DNA from: Malacoraja senta
Lineage: Eukaryota
Length of the DNA: 64,000 nucleotides
Direction: 5' to 3'
Assembly (NCBI GenBank): GCA_038087875.1
Contig: JAXLNO010000462.1
Coordinates: 124,001 to 188,000, forward strand
This document shows positions 60,312 to 64,000 of the stretch, one piece after another. The notes beneath the pieces were generated by a model. That model saw nothing but the letters and a program-made list of their open reading frames with translations, was not told where the DNA came from and searched no databases. Made by a program: the position numbers and the translations under genes. The stretch's first letter is position 1; the number at the start of each line of letters is the position of its first letter.

Positions 60312-63300
60312 GACTACTGGGGAGACTTTAAACTAGAATGGTTGGGGGGAGGGACTCAAATAGAGAAAGCTATTAGACAGTGTGTGAGCAGGAGGCAGAG
60401 AAGGAAAGCACTCAGACCCAACATGTAGGGGGGGAAAGAAGAAAACAATAATAAACAGAGAATAAGAGGTGGCGGGGTTCTTAAATGGGTGAGCAGAGAA
60501 ACAGAGGGGTGTAAAATGCGGGCGGAAGCAATAGGTAGCAAGGTGAAAAGTAAAAGTGGCAGGCAGACAAATCCAGGGCAAAAATCAAAAAGGGCCACTT
60601 TTCAACATAATTGTATAAGGGGTAAGAGCGTTGTAAAAACAAGCCTGAAGGCTTTGTGTCTCAATGCAAGGAGCATTCGTAATAAGGTGGATGAGTTGAA
60701 CGTGCAGATAGCTATTAATGATTATGATATAGTCGGGATCACGGAGACATGTCTCCAGGGTGACCAAGGCTGGGAGCTGAACATCCAGGGATATTCAATA
60801 TTCAGGAGGGGTAGAGAGAAAGGAAAAGGTGGTGGATTAGCGTTGCTGGTTAGAGAGGAGATTAACGCAGTGGAAAGGAAGGACATTAGCTTGGAGGATG
60901 TGGAATTGGTATGGGTAGAGCTGCGAAACACCAAGGGGCAGAAAACACTGGTGGGTGTTGTGTACAGCCCACCTAGCAGTAGTAGTGAAGTTGGGGATGG
61001 CATCAAACAGGAAATTAGAAATGCGTGCAACAAAGGCAAAACAGTTATAATGGGTGACTTCAATCTACATATAGATTGGGTGAATCAAATTGCCAGGGGT
61101 GCTGAGGAAGAGGATTTCTTGGAATGTATGCTGGATAGTTATCTAAACCAACATGTAGAGGAACCAACGAGAGAGCAGGCTATTCCAGACTGGGTATTGA
61201 GTAATGAGGAAGGGTTAGTTAGCAGTCTTGTTGTGCGTGCCCCCTTGGGCAAGAGTGACCATAATATGGTTGAGTTCTTCATTAGGATGGACATTGTTAA
61301 TTCAGAAACAACGGTACTGAACTTAAAGAAAGGTAACTTTGAGGGTATGAGACGTGAATTGGCCAAGATTGACTGGCAATTAGTTCTAAAAGGGTTGACG
61401 GTGGATATGCAATGGAAGGCATTTAAAGACTGCATGGATGAACTACAAAAATTGTTCATCCCAGTTTGGCAAAAGAATAAATCAGGGAAGGTAGTGCATC
61501 CGTGGTTAACAAGGGAAATCAGGGATGGTATCAAAGCAAAAGATGATGCGTACAAATTAGCCAGAAAAAGCAGCATACCAGAGGACTGGGAGAAATTCAG
61601 AGACCAGCAGAGGAGGACAAAGGGCTTAATTAGGAAAGGGAAAATAGATTATGAAAGAAAACTGGCAGGGAACATAAAAACTGACTGCAAACGTTTTTAT
61701 AGACATGTGAAGAGAAAGAGATTAGTTAAAACAAATGTAGGTCCCTTGCAGTCAGAAACAGGTGAATTGATCATGGGGAACAAGGATATGGCGGACCAAT
61801 TGAATAACTACTTTGGTTTCGTCTTCACTAAGGAAGACATAAATAATCTGCCGGAAATAGAAGGGGACCGCGGGTCAAAGGAGATAGAGGAACTGAGTGA
61901 AATCCAGGTTAGTCGGGAAGTGGTGTTGGGTAAATTGAATGGATTAAAGGCCGATAAATCACCAGGGCCAGATAGGCTGCATCCCAGAGTACTTAAGGAA
62001 GTAGCTCCAGAAATAGTGGATGCATTAGTGATAATTTTTCAAAACTCTTTAGATTCTGGAGTAGTTCCTGAGGATTGGAGGGTAGCAAACGTAACCCCAC
62101 TTTATAAGAAGGGAGGGAGAGAGAAAACGGGGAATTACAGACCAGTTAGTCTAACATTGGCAGTGGGGAAACTGCTAGTCAGTTATTAAAGATGGGATAG
62201 CAGCACATTTGGAAAGTGGTGAAATCATTGGACAAAGTCAGCATGGATTTACGAAAGGTAAATCATGTCTGACGAATCTTATAGAATTTTTCGAGGATGT
62301 AACTAGTAGAGTGGATAAGGGAGAACCAGTGGATGTGTTGTATCTGGACTTTCAGAAGGCTTTCGACAAGGTCCCACATAAGAGATTAGTATACAAACTT
62401 AAAGCACACGGTATTGGGGGTTCAGTATTGATGTGGATAGAGAACTGGCTGGCAAACAGGAAGCAAAGAGTAGGAGTAAACGGGTCCTTTTCACAATGGC
62501 AGGCAGTGACTAGTGGGGTACCGCAAGGCTCAGTGCTGAGACCCCAGCTATTTACAATTTATATTAATGAACTGGATGAGGGAATTGAAGGCAACATCTC
62601 CAAGATTGCGGATGACACTAAGCTGGGGGGCAGTGTTAGCTGTGAGGAGGATGCTAGGAGACTGCAAGGTGACTTGGATAGGCTGGGTGAGTGGGCAAAT
62701 GATTGGCAGATGCAGTATAATGTGGATAAATGTGAGGTTATCCACTTTGGTGGCAAAAACAGGAAAGCAGACTATTATCTAGATGGTGGCCGATTAGGAA
62801 AAGGGGAGATGCAGCGAGACCTGGGTGTCATGGTACACCAGTCATTGAAAGTAGGCATGCAGGTGCAGCAGGCAGTGAAGAAAGCAAATGGTGTGTTAGC
62901 TTTCATAGCAAAAGGATTTGAGTATAGGAGCAGGGAGGTTCTACTGCAGTTGTACAGGGTCTTGGTGAGACCACACCTGGAGTATTGCGTACAGTTTTGG
63001 TCTCCAAATCTGAGGAAGGACATTATAGCCATAGAGGGAGTGCAGAGAAGGTTCACCAGACTGATTCCTGGGATGTCAGGACTTTCATATGAAGAAAGAC
63101 TGGATAGACTTGGCTTATACTCGCTAGAATTTAGGAGATTGAGAGGGGATCTTATAGAAACGTACAAAATTCTTATGGGGTTGGATAGGCTAGATGCAGG
63201 AAGATTGTTCCCGATGTTGGGGAAGTCCAGGACAAGGGGTCACAGCTTAAGGATAAGGGGGAAATCCTTTAAGACCGAGATGAGAAAAAACTTTTTCACA

Positions 63301-63539
63301 CAGAGTGGTGAATCTCTGGAACTCTCTGCCACAGAGGGTAGTTGAGGCCAGTTCTTTGGCTATATTTAAGAGGGAGTTAGATGTGGCCCTTGTGGCTAAA
63401 GGGATCAGGGGGTATGGAGAGAAGGCAGGTACGGGATACTGAGTTGGATGATCAGCCATGATCATATTGAATGGCGGTGCAGGCTCGAAGGGCCGAATGG
63501 CCTACTCCTGCACCTATTTTCTATGTATCTATGTATCTA
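60312..63539 (+). mobile_element. CR1 family B with near-complete ORF2 and a family-A-like 5' segment, inserted antisense into another CR1
   Basis: ORFs 60489..62189 and 62209..63345; (TATCTATG)n tail; TGTAAA duplicated at 60306-60311 and 63540-63545. Confidence 0.95.
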
Positions 63540-64000
63540 TGTAAATAGCTGGAGTCCCAGCACTGAGCCTTGCGGTATCCCACTAGTCACTGCCAGCCAT
63601 TCTGAAAAGGACCCGTTTACTCCTACTCTTTGCTTCCTGTTTGCCAACCAGTTCTCTATCCAAATCAATACTGAACCCCCAATACCATGTGCTTTAAGTT
63701 TGTATACTAATCTCTTAAGTGGGACCTTGTCGAAAGCCTTCTGAAAGTCCAGATATAACACATCCACTGGTTCTCCCTTATCCACTCTACTAGTTACATC
63801 CTCGAAAAATTCTATAAGATTCGTCAGACATGATTTACCTTTCGTAAATCCATGCTGACTTTGTCCAATGATTTCACCACTTTCCAAATGTGCTGCTATC
63901 CCAACTTTAATAACTGACTCTAGCAGTTTCCACACTACCGATGTTAGACTAACTGGTCTGTAATTCCCCATTTTCTCTCTCCCTCCCTTTTTAAAAAGTG
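63540..64000 (-). mobile_element. CR1 family B, upstream continuation of 59327-60311
   Basis: Joining the halves restores ATATATTGTAAATAGCTGG, as seen at 25807-25825; RT motifs NYRPVSLTS, QHGF and DFQKAFD. Confidence 0.93.

Overview
Repeat-dominated vertebrate DNA, most likely a cartilaginous fish (skate or ray). This is inferred from the HE1-like SINEs, the CR1 and Penelope families and the zinc-finger gene type. 1-17.8 kb is a CpG-rich satellite with a 25-bp monomer, higher-order duplications and several strand inversions. The rest is nested, mostly decayed retroelements: two CR1 families; a full-length DIRS1-type tyrosine-recombinase element (ITRs, ICR, gag, RT/RNaseH, methyltransferase-like and YR remnants) whose empty target site survives in an inverted paralogous segment; Penelope-like RT remnants and Penelope-terminal repeats with minimal hammerhead-ribozyme motifs; a Gypsy (Mag-like) LTR element with a 5-bp TSD; two L1-clade copies; a Rex1/Babar LINE; tRNA-derived SINEs; minisatellites; and a 1.7-kb CT tract. 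There is one host-type gene, a tandem C2H2 zinc-finger exon (49204-50598, minus strand), and one 200-N assembly gap. I see no clearly new system. The best leads are the base-resolved DIRS integration site, the hammerhead motifs, the satellite inversion architecture and a TSD-bounded chimeric CR1.
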